A stretch of 63,049 nucleotides of DNA, filler included, from Reticulomyxa filosa (taxonomy: Eukaryota; Protista; Foraminifera), in assembly GCA_000512085.1 (NCBI GenBank). It is 26 parts of 26 records of this genome, joined end to end, with 100 filler letters (N's around TTAATTAATTAA, not from the genome) between each part and the next. Parts side by side here need not be neighbours in the genome. Positions count along the whole stretch, not along the records: positions 11,100 to 14,388 come from ASPP01012468.1; positions 14,489 to 16,799 come from ASPP01007559.1; positions 16,900 to 18,073 come from ASPP01008948.1; positions 18,174 to 20,750 come from ASPP01001402.1; positions 20,851 to 26,227 come from ASPP01018734.1; 21 more parts are not named here. One strand, given 5' to 3'. Within the stretch, counting starts at the first letter, position 1. Every line of letters begins with the position of its first letter. Shown one piece after another: positions 11,119 through 25,093 of the stretch. Both the position numbers and the translations under genes were made by a program. The notes below the pieces were generated by a model, which was not told the origin of the DNA, did not search any database, and saw nothing but the letters and a program-made list of their open reading frames with translations.

Positions 11119-12231
11119 AATGGCATCTTTGTCTATTTTGTTTTGCAAATCATGTTTTTCTTCTTTTATTATTTGATCTGTTTTATCATTTTTTTCGTTT
11201 AACCATTTGCTTACTTTTGTTTTCATATGTGTCGGAACGGAGGTGAGACAGTTTTTTTTTCCTCCAATGATATGCAAATACGTGCCATCTTGATTCAATA
11301 TTGCCACGCTATCGGACAAAGGAATAGGCAAAGAATTTTCAAATGTCGTCCACTTGTTTTCCCGAATGGAATACTTGTGCACTGATTTTGAAACAACCTT
11401 GCTTAAAAAACTCCCATTCCAACCGCCAAAGAGCAAGATGACACCACTGACATAAACATAAGAGTATCTGTAAAAGGGCGAAATATCATCACAAATAGGT
11501 AATTTATGAAATTGAAATGTGTTGTTGTCTTCATCATATTCAATTGATAGACCCGTCTTTTTACAAAACAATAGCATTTCATTTTTGTTTTTCTTTTCAT
11601 TTTTATTGCCATGCTTAATAGTGTTCATCATCTCCAATCCATCCTTTGGTTTTAATACAAAGCAATGCTTGAATACACTGTATCCTGCTGGCAAAGTACC
11701 ACGTTTGATATATTGAAATGTATTCAAATCAAACACATCAATATTCTCTGGCTCATATGTAATAAACAATAAATGATTATTGCTTCCACCAACCACTGCA
11801 CGCACTCCTTCATAATCATCTTCATCTCTTCCAATGGATATCAGACAGTCATTGTTATCGGTGAAAGGAACCCACACATTATTATCTTTTGATTTATTCA
11901 TTTTACTGTCATTATCCCAAACACTCACATAACTCATCATCAATGTATGGCTTTCTGCGTACAGAGATCTACCAAAAGACAATAAGGTGATACAATCTGA
12001 TCCTTTACTATTGTTCACAAGCTTCACGAGACAATGTCCACGCAACATAACATCGCTTGGATAAGAACATATATGCTTGTATTCATTTTTTATTGTGTGA
12101 TACGAATAACAATCGCGCTCCCGAAAACCACCACAAATGAGGATTTCATGTTTATACAATACACATTGGGATTCAGAAAGTGGAATAGGAAAAGCAGATA
12201 AATCTTGAAAGTGGCCTGGAATTTGATTCAT
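11119..12231 (-). CDS. Kelch-like beta-propeller protein (amplified family), 3' end truncated
   Basis: FQDLSAFPIPLSESQCVLYKHEILICGG, GVRAVVGGSNNHLLFITY, ILLFGGW, LHIIGG; paralogue of 27509-28684; splice donor at 11118. Confidence 0.85.
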
Positions 12232-13203
12232 ATGATAATGGAAAGGATCTAATTTAGAATTTTTAGATAAATAAAAACTATATTTGTAAATAAAAAAAAA
12301 AGTTCACAATTCGACTTTGTTGAGAACAAATCGACTATTTATATGTCTATCTCTTAATTGATAAGTATTCCAATATTAGAATACAGGTGAGTATAATTTT
12401 TCACTTGATTTGACTATCATGAATACCGTAGATTGCAAAAAAACTGCTCACCCTATGAAGATGACCGATATTCTAAGTCAAAAATCAACATTTTTTCAAA
12501 ATTATTTTTAAAAATATCTACGAATCTTTAGTATTTCAAAATGCATTTCATTTTTTTCACAATTTTTTGTCAATTACAAATATTTTTATCATCTTCTACA
12601 ACATTAGTATTGTGCTTTATTAATTTTTGTAATTTTTTTTTGTTTTTATCTACTTTTGTTGTGTTTTACTTTTTAAAAATTGTTACTATTTGTTTATTTT
12701 TTTTGTTGCTAGAATGTCTCGCTTATCATGAGAACTTTTACTGTGGATTTTTAAAGATGTTTGCACATTACATTAACTCTTCCCATTTCCATTTTCTTTC
12801 ACACTATATTATTTTTAAATCTGCAACAAGTTATGAAAATCGTGCTTTTTTATTTTAGAACCAAAATAAATTAAATTTTTGACATTGGAAATGTATTTAT
12901 TGTCCTCTTTGATTGCCATGTTTTGATTTGTTAAAATTATCAAAATTCCTTATTCTCATACTGACCATTTGTTATTGCTATTCAATAAAAATGAACTAAT
13001 CAAACTTATTTATTTTTAATCTTAGTCTTTTTTAAATTTTTATAGAAGATATGTTAATTTGATGTAAACTAATACGAAATATTATTTTTTATACAAGCTG
13101 TATTGGAATAAAGTGTTCAATAAAAGTCAGTATTGAAAGTAAGTAATTTTAATAATATCATCATTTCTTTTTCAGATTTTAGTAATGTATGTAAACATTC
13201 TAT

Positions 13204-14361
13204 TTATTGCCAAAGTTGGATTGTAAAGTTTTCAGAACCTGTTACAATTGTTGTCCCGTCTGGTGAAATATCTATACATCTCTTCCAAGTAGAATAACCT
13301 CCCAATCTTTGTATTTCATGTCCTGATTTTACATCCCACAAACGAATTGTTTTATCTTTTGAACATGATACAATAGTTTGGCCATTTGGAAAATATTGCA
13401 CATCATGTATAACATCTGTGTGCCCTTCTAATTTTTTCGATTCTTGCCCTGATGTCATATTCCATATTCGAATTGTCCTGTCCCACGAGCAAGACACAAT
13501 AAATTGACATTACAAAATCGGAATGTCCTTTCAACACTTTTAATCTTTTGCCTGATTTCATATCCCACAGAGCAATAGTTTGATCATTAGATGATGATAC
13601 AACTATTTCGCCATCAAATGAATATTGCACAGTCCGTACAGCATCTGAATGACCTATTAATCTTTGTACTAATTTTTCCGAATCTAAATCCCATATTCGT
13701 ATGGTGTTGTCAAAAGAATATGATACAATATTCTTACCATCTGGAGAAAAGTTTACACATAATACTCAAACTGAGTGTCCTTCGAGTTTTATCAACTCTT
13801 TTCCTGTTTTCACATCCCATATTCGAATTGTTTTGTCCTGTGAACACGATGCAATTTTATATTCATCTGGTGATAATTTTGCTGAGTCAAAAAAATCAGA
13901 ACGCCCTTGAAAAGTTTGAATTTGTCTTCCGGAAACAATTTCCCATATTTTGATTATCTTGTCATCTGATGATGAAAGAATCTTGTGACTGTCTGTCGAA
14001 AACTTTACACATCTTACTGCACCGTGATGTCCTTCTAAAACTCTCAATAATTGAAAATGCTTGGCCTGTGTTAAGTGATATGGATAGTGGTAGTGATATA
14101 TATTCTATTGGAAAATAAAAAATATAAAGTAAAAACAGTACAACTACTCAACATAGCTAGAACAATCTTATTAAATGCATCGATCCATCCTAGCTTTATA
14201 TCTAAAATTCGAATCCAGTTTTGAATGATTGTAGTTATCTCTTTCTCTGACTTTTTTTAACACGTTGCCACAAATAAATTCATTTACACTCAAATACATT
14301 AAATAATGACTTACCAACTGCAACATTCTAGTTCGGATATTATTTGTTGCATTACTAATCT
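13204..14361 (-). pseudogene. WD40-repeat gene with N-terminal HWIR/LGWI module exon; disrupted
   Basis: ~7 GH...FSPDG...S.DKTIRIWD repeats; in-frame TGA at 13766-13768 and a frameshifting deletion near 13500; module exon 14153-14250 (SEKEITTIIQNWIRILDIKLGWIDAFNKIV). Confidence 0.8.
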
Positions 14362-14488
14362 GTGTAAAAAAAACAAATTAGTGCCTTTNNNNNNNNNNNN
14401 NNNNNNNNNNNNNNNNNNNNNNNNNNNNNNNNTTAATTAATTAANNNNNNNNNNNNNNNNNNNNNNNNNNNNNNNNNNNNNNNNNNNN

Positions 14489-15380
14489 GTTAGTGTTAGT
14501 GTTAGTGTTATTGTTATTGTTATTGTTGTTGTTGTTGTTATTGTTGCCCCCATTGCCATTGCTGTTGTTACCACTCAAAGTATGGGAATTGTGATTGTTG
14601 TTATTACTGTTGCTGTTGCTGTTGCTGGTGCTGGTGCTGCTGTTGCTGTTGCTGTTGCTGCTGCCGTTGTTGGCATTGCCTGGATTGGAAAAGTTGTCCC
14701 CGTGACTCGGGCTTTGGTCCATAAAGTCATCACCATTGTCACCTCCTACATAGCTGCTACCTTCGTGTGACCCCATCTGGCCTCCGTTATGTCCTTGGCT
14801 TCCACTCTCTTCAAATAACCGATTCTTGCTTTTCTTTTTCTCTTTTGTCATCGTTTGCCCCTGTTGCTGTTTCATTTGCTGACGTCTTTGTTCTTCCATT
14901 GTTTCCATCACTTCTTCCATTTGTTGTTCTAAAATCTGCTTCATGTTTTTGTTTTTTAAAAAAGGAGGTGGTGCCATTGGGGAGGGGGAAAAAAAAAGGG
15001 GACAATTAAAAAAAAAAATTGTCCAAAGTTCAAGGACTGTGCTGTTGTTGCTATCACCGTCGTTTTGTTAGTGGCAACCAAATTTTACGAAAAATAAAGA
15101 AATTTCCAAAAAAAAACAAAAAAAAAACTTGTTGTGTCGAGTAGGGCGTTCGGCATGCAGGACATTTTGGGCTTTCCGTTTCCATTAATTTGTGATAACA
15201 CCACAGACAAATTTGATAGCCGCACCGACAAGGGTGAAAGCGCTTGTCTGTGAGATCCATTTTCTAAGGTTTCGTGTTGTTGGGTTGTTGTTGTGTTTCA
15301 CTCATTGCTGGCAAGGTAAAAGACATAGAAATTGGCTATTTCTCTGCTCTAACCTTGCAACACAACGGGCAATCTTCCAT
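14489..15380 (-). CDS. CNOT4: CCR4-NOT subunit 4 (Not4) C4C4 RING E3 ligase, 5' part
   Basis: Spliced MEDCPLCCK/KMDLTDKRFHPCRCGYQICLWCYHKLMETESPKCPACRTPY, then a coiled coil and an Asn/Ser-rich linker; the contig ends before any RRM. Confidence 0.85.
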
Positions 15381-16905
15381 CGAATTGATAGCGTTGAGAC
15401 TTAAGGTAGGAGATACAAACAAACTACGACGAACAATGCAATGGTAATTGAGTACAGCAAAATGCTCAACAAATTTGAGAGGCCTAACAGGTTACTTTTT
15501 TGCTTGTACAAAACTAACACCAAATTTTACCTAACCTAGTATACCCCAATCCTAAAATTCTTTCATTTTTGATTGATTTGCATGACATATTAACTTGATG
15601 TCATAACAGTCTCTATGTTCAATTGTTCGATGAGAACTTGTTGCCTTCTTATAATCATTTAAAAAATATTTGGTCTCAGATGTCGATGACAACAAAAACT
15701 TTTAATACTAAGTCTAATAAAAAAAAGTTTAAAGACAGTTTATCATTTAACAGAGCTGGACTAATTCAGCTGAGTTGTTTCGAATTGAATTTTTTTTAAT
15801 TCGAAAAAATAAAACTGGCATAATGGTGATGGCATAGTGATGATATAACCCGATTCTGCTGTACACATAAATATAGTAAACCTCGACGACAGCAAACGCC
15901 CCATCCATCACAACAAAACAAAGAATAAAAAGAACAATAGAAAAAAAAGACTAATACTTCCTCTCCTCACTTTGCAATACGTATAGCAGAAACAATAACA
16001 CACATTGGAGATGAGGTTTAATCAATGTCAACAATCTCTTTTTTTTATTTTGTTTATTTTTAACAGTTATCTTTTCATAAAAAAAAAAAAAAATATAAAC
16101 GTCAAAAAATAAAGACGCAATCACAAATGAGCACAAAAGAAATTTATGAAAAGATAAAAAAATGAACAAAGCAAAAAAAAAAACGAGCATGTCATTGTAG
16201 AATGAGGAGAGAGACAAACAAAACAAAACAAAGCAAAAAGAAACGAAAACAAAGTAAAAAAAAACAAAAAACGACAAGAAAAAAATGCATACACAAGAAA
16301 TATTATTAAAGAATAAATATTTGCAAAAACAAACAAACAAACTGGCTCCAAAGTCGTATCAACAGAAAAGGTGGTCCAACGTGGACCACACAAATGTGCT
16401 CTATTGAGCAACAACAAAACAGAGTTAGCAAGGAGCAGGTACAGATTGAACAGAAGAGTTATTTTTTTCTGATGATTCGCGTTTCTCAGAACGGTTACAA
16501 TGTCGACGCAATGGCTTGCGGGGGACAAAAGAAGTCAATGTTTTGTACATTACATCTGTCGTATAAGTTTCAAGTATTTATATACATATATACATATTTG
16601 TATAATTTTTATTAGAGCATAAAAAGAAAGGGTTTATGAAATAAGTCTCTTAACGTCGGACACCGAATTCAGTATTAACCGACTTGCCCAGGTCAAGAGA
16701 TAAATCAAACTTTTCACATGTTTTCTATTACACGGTTAAGTGAATGAATATAATAAACTCTTTTTTTTTTTGCAAAAAAAAAAAAAAAAATGTAGAGTCN
16801 NNNNNNNNNNNNNNNNNNNNNNNNNNNNNNNNNNNNNNNNNNNTTAATTAATTAANNNNNNNNNNNNNNNNNNNNNNNNNNNNNNNNNNNNNNNNNNNNA
16901 TATAC

Positions 16906-16939
<34 letters not shown>

Positions 16940-16966
16940 GTTTTGTGTTGAATGTAATGCACTCAC

Positions 16967-17327
16967 TTTGCAATCTCCAATAATGTTTTGATTGCCTCGA
17001 TATTTCGCTGGTCCATTTGCTTGTCAGTGCCAAGTAACGTAAGTCCTGCCAAAGAGTTGACATAGGACTCTGCCTGAACGTCCATGGACAAATAGGAAGC
17101 CAATTTGATGCCGTAACGATAGCCATTCAAGCACAACCCCACCAACTGCTCCGACAAGGCCTTTGGCGACTGCACTTCTTTGCCACGGCTGGAAGCCAGC
17201 AAGTTGAGTTGGTCAAACACATTCGCTTGTGGGTCTTCCAATAACACACTAAAGGTGGCCAATGAAGCCAGCCAACAAATACTAAACATTGGTTGTACAG
17301 CTTTTGCATCTTCCTATAATTGTATAC

Positions 17328-17358
<31 letters not shown>

Positions 17359-17970
17359 CAAAATAAATGAAACTGGTTGAGGCTCATAAAACATATTCTC
17401 TTTGCGACTTCGTTTGGACATGGCACTGTAATTGATATGATTGACTTCATGATGGACTCTGGCCATAATTTTATTTCTTTGTTGCAAGTAGTCTTGTTCT
17501 TGTTGGTATTGTTGATTGTTGTGACTGTACATGGCATTGAGGAAGGAAAAGACATTGAGGAACCCTTCTCCAGAGGGGCCGGCAGAACTGGCCCCACTTT
17601 TGCTATTTTCCAACAGGATTTCATTCGCAGCAATTCGATCGTAGATCGAGTCCAGCAGTGGCGACAGCGACGGGTCAGGCACTGCCAGCAATGTGTTCTT
17701 CATGAACTGCTCCTTCGACATGTGCGTCTTCACATTGCGATTGTACAGATTCACGTTGAGCATTATTATGCTGTACGACAAAATATACGCGTCGTCCGCT
17801 TGTCGAAATGTGTCTTCATTTTGCAAACAGTATCTCTCTGCAAACTTTTGAAGGATGCGGTCAATCTTTTGCCCTTCGCCGGGGAGCTTAAAGTATGTGC
17901 ACAGTTTTCGCACCCCTTCGTCAATTTCCAATCCGGTAAAGTCTAGTGTTTCAATGTACTGATGCATTAC
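16967..17970 (-). CDS. Large Sec7-domain ARF-GEF (BIG/GBF1 type), internal exons
   Basis: FKLPGEGQKIDR (Glu finger), DAYILSYSIIMLN, then an HDS1-like region MFSICWLASLATFS...CLNGYRYGIKLA...NIEAIKTLLEIA. Confidence 0.92.
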
Positions 17971-18839
17971 CTTTTTATTTTTTGTCCAAAACACGGACAT
18001 GCATTGCATGTAATAAGTGTACGTATCCATTGAATGTAAACATCTGTTTTTGTTCATAGAACAACAACAACAANNNNNNNNNNNNNNNNNNNNNNNNNNN
18101 NNNNNNNNNNNNNNNNNTTAATTAATTAANNNNNNNNNNNNNNNNNNNNNNNNNNNNNNNNNNNNNNNNNNNNACAAGCTTCGTATTTTGAAAATATCCG
18201 TCATAAGACAGCATTTGAATAGTTGAAACAAGTTGTCCACAGTTCAATCGCGGACAATATTTCTGGTAAGCTTGCTTTCGTAGTCGGGAAGCACCAAGAT
18301 CTAGAAAGAAAAACTTGAAAATATCGCGCGCAAAATAAAAACGATCAGAAGATGAGGATGACTTCGAAAAAAGAGAATTACAAGGCCATACAGTCGTTGG
18401 ATTCGTTTTTAAAAAAAAAGAAAGATCGTTTATCGCTGTTACTTTGGATATGGCTCTTCACACCCACAAATGAGCGATTTTGCGTGTTCTTAACGTGGAC
18501 TATTTCACATAGTGCACCCCTCAATGAAGGCTGCTGGGTGGATGTGACAACACCAAGCGTAATGCCAACGATTGTAATGACGACGACAATAATAATGCAG
18601 TCCATGTTCACTCTACTCATTTGTCAATTATTTCAATACATCGGACTGTCGTTTTGTGCTTCACAATATTTGAGTATATCACTACTGTTGGTGTGTGCGG
18701 AAGAGGGCTAATGTTGTTGCACTATTTATAACAAAAAGCAACAAGGCCATGCCAATGGATACACACAGATCTACGATTCAAACATTGCTCCATTATTTGT
18801 CGAAAGAAACAAAGACTTGGATATTTGCAATGTGTTGGT

Positions 18840-19245
18840 GGCGCTGAGCCATGCTGAGTGGATATTTAACAATATTTTATGTCAGCAGTGGAGTACTATC
18901 CACACTCTCTATCTCATCTCACCTCAAAGACACCGTCGCTATGGATACGAACGAGCTGTTCGGTTATCAAAAACTGAATCACCCGAATTCGAAAAATAGA
19001 AGGTTCTACCATTGACAAAACCGCCATTCAAAGAAATAGTAGCTCCAGGGAAGAGCCTTTCAGTGATGCTGGCTTCCTTCAAGTCAGTCCAATTGTTCCA
19101 AATAACGGAATAATTGATTTGAAGCATTATCATTGAAACTCGAGCGCACATTCCAACAAGGGTTCAAGTTATTTCGTTGGTAATTTGTGCGGCTGTCTCT
19201 TTCATGTTATCTGACGTTATAATTCGTAATTGGATCCATTGCCTG
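18840..19245 (-). pseudogene. Disrupted coding remnant, possibly the extracellular domain of a pentameric ligand-gated channel
   Basis: Fragments SVIWNNWTDL...TFYFSNS.../QLVRIHSDGVFEVR/VLHC*...IVKYPL with stops and frameshifts. Confidence 0.25.
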
Positions 19246-20870
19246 AAAAAGTTTGTTTTATGTGTACGTATTTAATAAAAAATATCTTTATAACGTATAT
19301 TTATTATTTATTTTTATGTGCGATATGTGTTGCTTGAACTTTTTGAATAGATCTTTGAAGGTATGCAAATGGAATGAGCAAGCTGTTGTTGTTAATATTA
19401 CTATTTGTGCTGAAGTGAATCCCCAGCAATAATGGTAATGATAATAGCAACGGCGTGCATTGATTATGGATCATAGTATTATTCTTTACAAAACGAATAA
19501 TTTGGAAAAAAACAATTTGAAGGTCCATATTCGTGTAATGTGCTCATGATTGATTGAAAATGATGATCTGCGCAACCTTTATTCCAAGTTATAATATTTT
19601 TTGTATAATGTGATTGGAAAAATACTTAAAACATGTATGATGGATACACACGTATATAACATAGGTCTCAACGAATACAACACATATCAATCGAACATTG
19701 GAAAGTAGTGGTTGTGGTGCCAACAAGAAAGGTGAAGTGAAGTCAAATGATGCTGATTTTTGGAATATCCAATTGCAAGTGTGACATTTGCCTCAATTTT
19801 GTTGTCTTTTGTTCCAATTGTAATTTTTAATTTTTTTAATAATAATTTAGTCGTCTCCTCACCTGATATCGTCATCAAATTGCGTTCATTATAAAAAATT
19901 TCTGAATTTTGGTATTTAAATCTAAATATGCGATAGCTGATTTGGTTTTCACTTATATCTTTAAAAAAACAATAACTGGAATTAATTTCATGTGATAATA
20001 TGCAATAGACTCTTCCTATGTGATTAGATTAGATAGTTCAATTAATATCAAGTGCTCCAAAAGAGCAACGCTTAAGCGTCTGTGCAAAATAGGAACTGGT
20101 TCTGCGGAAAGTACCGTCTTTAATTTATCAAAAAAAAAGTTGATGGATTTTCTATCTTCCAAATTGTGAATCAATACAGACAAGACAATAATGTTATGAA
20201 ACTGTGTACATGTGGATGTATATACAACATATATCATTATTTCAGTCATCAAAGTCTATCTCTTCTGCATATCCCAATTCGTCCTTGTCATCACAGGCTT
20301 TTTTTTCTCGTTTGCCTCCAAGTGGTCTTGCCTTTGCGTTGTTTTTTTGTTGTGCTCGTCTCTGTCACGCCTTTTTGTGGCCCCTCTATCATCTCGCTAT
20401 TCTCTTGTATCTTTACAGAGTCATTTGTTTCTGTTTGGTCTTTTTTTATCTTTTGTGTTGTTGTTATTGCTGTTAGTCCATCCTTTCTATTCTGTTCTCT
20501 TTCATTGTCCCCTCTTTAGTGCCCATGTCTCTGCCTCGTCACTTGGCTTCATATCCACAACCGGCTCGCTCACCGCCATTACCTCGGGGGCTACCGCTCT
20601 TGGCTCCTTCAAGTACCCTCTCGTTGTTGTCGCTTGGGTTCTTTCCAATCTACAACCAATCAAACAAATAATGTCAAACTCCGTCGCTTTTATTTTTTTT
20701 TTTTTAAGTTCAAAAGCGAACAACTGTAATACGAGAGGAAATTTAAAAAANNNNNNNNNNNNNNNNNNNNNNNNNNNNNNNNNNNNNNNNNNNNTTAATT
20801 AATTAANNNNNNNNNNNNNNNNNNNNNNNNNNNNNNNNNNNNNNNNNNNNAATTCAGGCAAAGTTTGAAA

Positions 20871-20980
20871 GATGTTGTTGAGTTGAGCAGACATATCATA
20901 TGTGCTTTTTTTTTAAAGTGTTCTGACAACCCCTTTTTTTTTAGAACGAATATTTGGATACGAAAAATTGACAATCTGCT
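20871..20980 (+). repeat. Dispersed ~110-bp repeat or paralogous exon shared with 26329-26440
   Basis: gatgttgttgagttgag(c/t)agacat...gtgttctgacaa...tagaacgaa(t/c)atttggatacgaaaaattga occurs at or near the start of two different contigs. Confidence 0.8.
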
Positions 20981-22779
20981 TAAAAATGAAAGACAAGTTT
21001 CAACGCAGCCAAAATTGGTAAACTTCATTCAGTTTTCAAAAAATCTATTTTATGTTATGGTTTAGTAAATATATTCGTATTTGGAGGTAGTATCTTTTTT
21101 TATTGATGTGCTTTGAGGAATACTACATCTTGTTTTATTTATAACAAAATCTGAGTATGAGATATTTTTTAAAGTACAAATTGCATTTAGATTGATATTA
21201 ATTGTATCCATCAAATGTTGATTTGAAATATTATTGTTTGATTAGTATTGTTTGCATATGGATTAGTCATTTGCAGTTTTGTTTTTTTATGTGTCGATGA
21301 TAATAATTTATTGTTTATAGATCAATGGGTTTTTACAAATAAATTTATTTTATTGTCAGTTTTTGAAAGAAATGAAAAGTTTTAGTTTGCTAGCACAGTT
21401 ATGAAATATAGACTTTATTTGGCTTTACGTGTGAGACATGTGAGTACTTTTTTTGTTTAAATTCTTTTTAAAAAAATATATGGAGTTTATATTTTTTTAT
21501 GTTTTTAGCTTTATCTATTTACTCTTTAAACAATTTTTTTTTTAGATTGTAATACAATTACCACCTAAACTCATTTTTGTTTATATAAAAAACATAAAAA
21601 ATTTCAAATAGTATTTCCACTAATTGTCTAGCGACAGTGTTTGGTTTGATTGCATCAAAGCGTTATTTTTTTTTTTATCCTTTCAATTACGCATTGTCGG
21701 AAAACGTATCTTATTACAAATACGAATTTTGCCTTTGTACAAACCATAACACAAGTTGAAACCATAATCACCATTTTTTTTTGTTTTCATTTTTTTTTCA
21801 ATTGCAAAAAGTAAGATATCTTATTCCATTATTTGCATTTTTGTCTTTGTATTCACTTGTCGATGCGAGGTTATATACAAGACGTCGTTCATTTCCTCAT
21901 GGACAATATCTTTGTATGTTGCGTATGCTGACAGTCCGTATAAAAAAACTTGTGATCTTTTTTTATCAAAAAAAGAGACTTGCTAAAACTTACAATAACT
22001 TCTAAACTTGTAACAAAGGTTGGTATAATGTTCAATACAATTTGATTAGTAGTCATACTTCCTTAAGGTAGTTATAAACTATTCAAAATTTATCGCGCCC
22101 GACTATATGCAACATCAAGATTTTTCACCAGAGTTTCACCAATGTGTTTGCAATTCATTTGCATATCGTCCCAGACTTGTTTGATCATTTCTAATTTTTT
22201 TAATCACTTTTTATTTTTTTATAAATCCTTAGTTCTTGCATCATTCATTACATTACTCCAAGACAACCAAGTGGCGCTTTGTGAAAAAAAAGGAAATGAT
22301 GAAAAAATCAAAAAGAATATCAATAAAACTTACGTATTGAAACTCGATGCGTTGGTGTTTTGATTCATTTTTTAAATAACTTGAAAAATTCAAATGATGT
22401 TATTGTAGAATACAAGCATTTATTTTTTTGTTGTTAACCTTTAATTGCATAAATTTTTTTTATTTACTTATTTTGTTTTGTGTTGAGTTTGTAATGTGTA
22501 CTGAAGTGAAAGTTATTTTGTAAAATGTATACAGTATTTGTAATTTTTATTATATTTGACTAAGGTTTATTTGCAAATTAGATACAAAATTAAGTAGTTT
22601 TATCATATTGTTTAGCAACTGATATTTGCACAAAGTTGAACTTTTTTGTAAACAGCTTTCTGGATATTCTTTCAAAAACCGAACTATAGAAATTAAGTTT
22701 TGACTATTTAGTTTGGTAAGATTATGCGTTATTTTAACTGGTGTATTGAAGAACAATCTATTTATTATCATTTCAATTG

Positions 22780-22990
22780 CATCCAACAAAGAACCAAATG
22801 ATATAATTGATCACACGTATGCATAATAACATAGTACAATATCATCACAAGCAGATAGTTAATGAAATTGAAAAGAATTATTATTTTTGGCTTTGATGAT
22901 AATTATCATAATCTCTTTACACAATTTGATGAAGTTGAGTTAAAGCAATAATATATCTTTATTTAATTTGTTTTCGGGATGTTGTTAATT
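22780..22990 (-). pseudogene. Kelch-like family remnant
   Basis: NNNSFQFH*LSACDDI and YAYV-...-IIWFFVG match the FQFHKLPICDDI...YVYV...ILLFGG block of the intact paralogues. Confidence 0.55.
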
Positions 22991-25093
22991 TAAGAAGTTT
23001 TAACTTTCCTTTAAAAAAAGAGGGATATGAATAACTCTTTTGAAAAACGAAAAACAGCAAATTTAGATTTTAAATTGATATCTTTTTTTGTTCTCGTAGA
23101 AGACAAAAGTGTGACATACTTATTATTGTTCAGTGACTAAATAAAATACAAATAAACTTGATACAAAATTGGAGTAGCTCTTTAATATGATCATTTTTTT
23201 CCATTTAAATACATTAATTTTTTTGTGGAGAACATGATTGCATAATTGAATATTTTGGAAAGATGATATAAAATTTATATGTAAAGAATTAATTCTTTCA
23301 AAAATATTGCAACTTTTTTAAAAATTTTGATTCACAACGTGCGGTGCAATGATGCCAAAGCAAAAAGAAAGAAAAAAATATCATCACTCACAAGTAAACT
23401 ATTGCAATAGTTTGAAATTTGATATATTGTGGATGACAGTAGGAAAGACTAACCATAACGGTCTTCCTAAAAAAATAATAATAAAATATTTAATAAAAAA
23501 TATATATTTGTACTTAACTTGTTAGTGGAGCTACTATCATTATTAAACAATGTTATTAAAACGTAATATAAATCATTATAAATGTAACTCCTTTGTCAAA
23601 ATTGACTGAATACAACATCAACGCGACACTAAACTTTAAATTAATGTGATTCACAATAGTAACCTCAATTTGCATGTTAATATTTTATTACCACTTGATT
23701 TAAATTTCATAATTGCACTTTTTTGTTTACATGATAACTTATGAAGAAAAATAAAGTGAAAATATATAAAACTTATTTTTTAAGTTAAAAAAATTTTCAT
23801 TTAATTTTCAAAAAATCACATTCTAAATTATTATTAATATCACTCTATACATGAATGATAAAAGTATTTCACATGAGATTATCAATTTTCTGTATTATTC
23901 TTCAATAAACTCAAACATCATATCTTTTTTTTCCTCAAAACTTTCAAAATGTTGTTCCTTCAATGTAAATAATACTTTTTTGAGTTAAAAAAAAATGAGA
24001 ACATGTTATCTGCTATCAACATCATTCAGAAAATAAAAGCGATTAAGGTATGCTATGATAAGTAAAAAGACTCAATAAAAAAATTTTAAAAAGTTTGGTC
24101 CGTAGCATCTTAAGTATGCAATATAGTACCTACTGGCCAACCTCTTTATTCTTCGTTTTTCTTGATTCTCTAATTTATTTTGTTATGTTCATGTCAAACT
24201 ATAGATGTTTTTTTGGTAAATTATATGTATTTGTATTAAAAGGAGTAACGTCAGCTGATAACGTTTATGTTTGTTAAAAGCAAAAAATGAAATAAAAAAG
24301 TGATAGATAAGTAGTGTTATTCAAACTGATCTTTTTAATGCATTAATTTTAGTTAAATTTTGACACATTGCTGCTTTAAGTTTTTTTTCAAGTTTAGAAA
24401 ATGCAAATTGACGTACTCACTCAGCTTTTCATGTCATTAAGTAAAAAATGAAAGTGCAAATATAAATATTCAAAGAGAATGTGATTTTTATTAGTAGTGT
24501 TTAGTTTTAATTCATAATTTAATTTTTGGAGATATTGGATTATTTTTTCAAACAAAGTAATTTATTAAGAAAGTTTGGATGAAAGGAATAAAACAGTCAT
24601 TTGACTTATCTTTGCAATTGTTATTTGTTTCCAGTCATTTGTATTCATGAAAATTGCGTTTTTAATGAAAAAAGTGTATTTGATTTCGTTATTCGCTTTT
24701 TGAGATTGATTGTACCAATTTTGTACTAACGCAAACTAGGGGTACCTTTTTTTTCTTTTTCACTCCAAAAAAAAAGTACTTGCAAAATTGTCACTTGTTT
24801 TAAGGTTTGTAAAATGGAAAACCAATATTCTCAGCAATCTCTGAGTTCTCATCGCTTCAGTGTAGCGAACCCGCACGCTGTAACAGACGAGGGAATGCTT
24901 TGTTTTTGCAACGAAAGTATTGTTCAAAAGCATCGAGTAGTTCAAGGAGCGGAGACAAAGGTACCAAAAATGATTGGTATTTTTCGAACGATTAGCAAGA
25001 AAGTTTTGTGTACACGTATACATGTTATTATCTTCACTCTACAAAAAAATATACACACAAAACTAGGGAATTCAACTAGGAAAGAATAGTACA

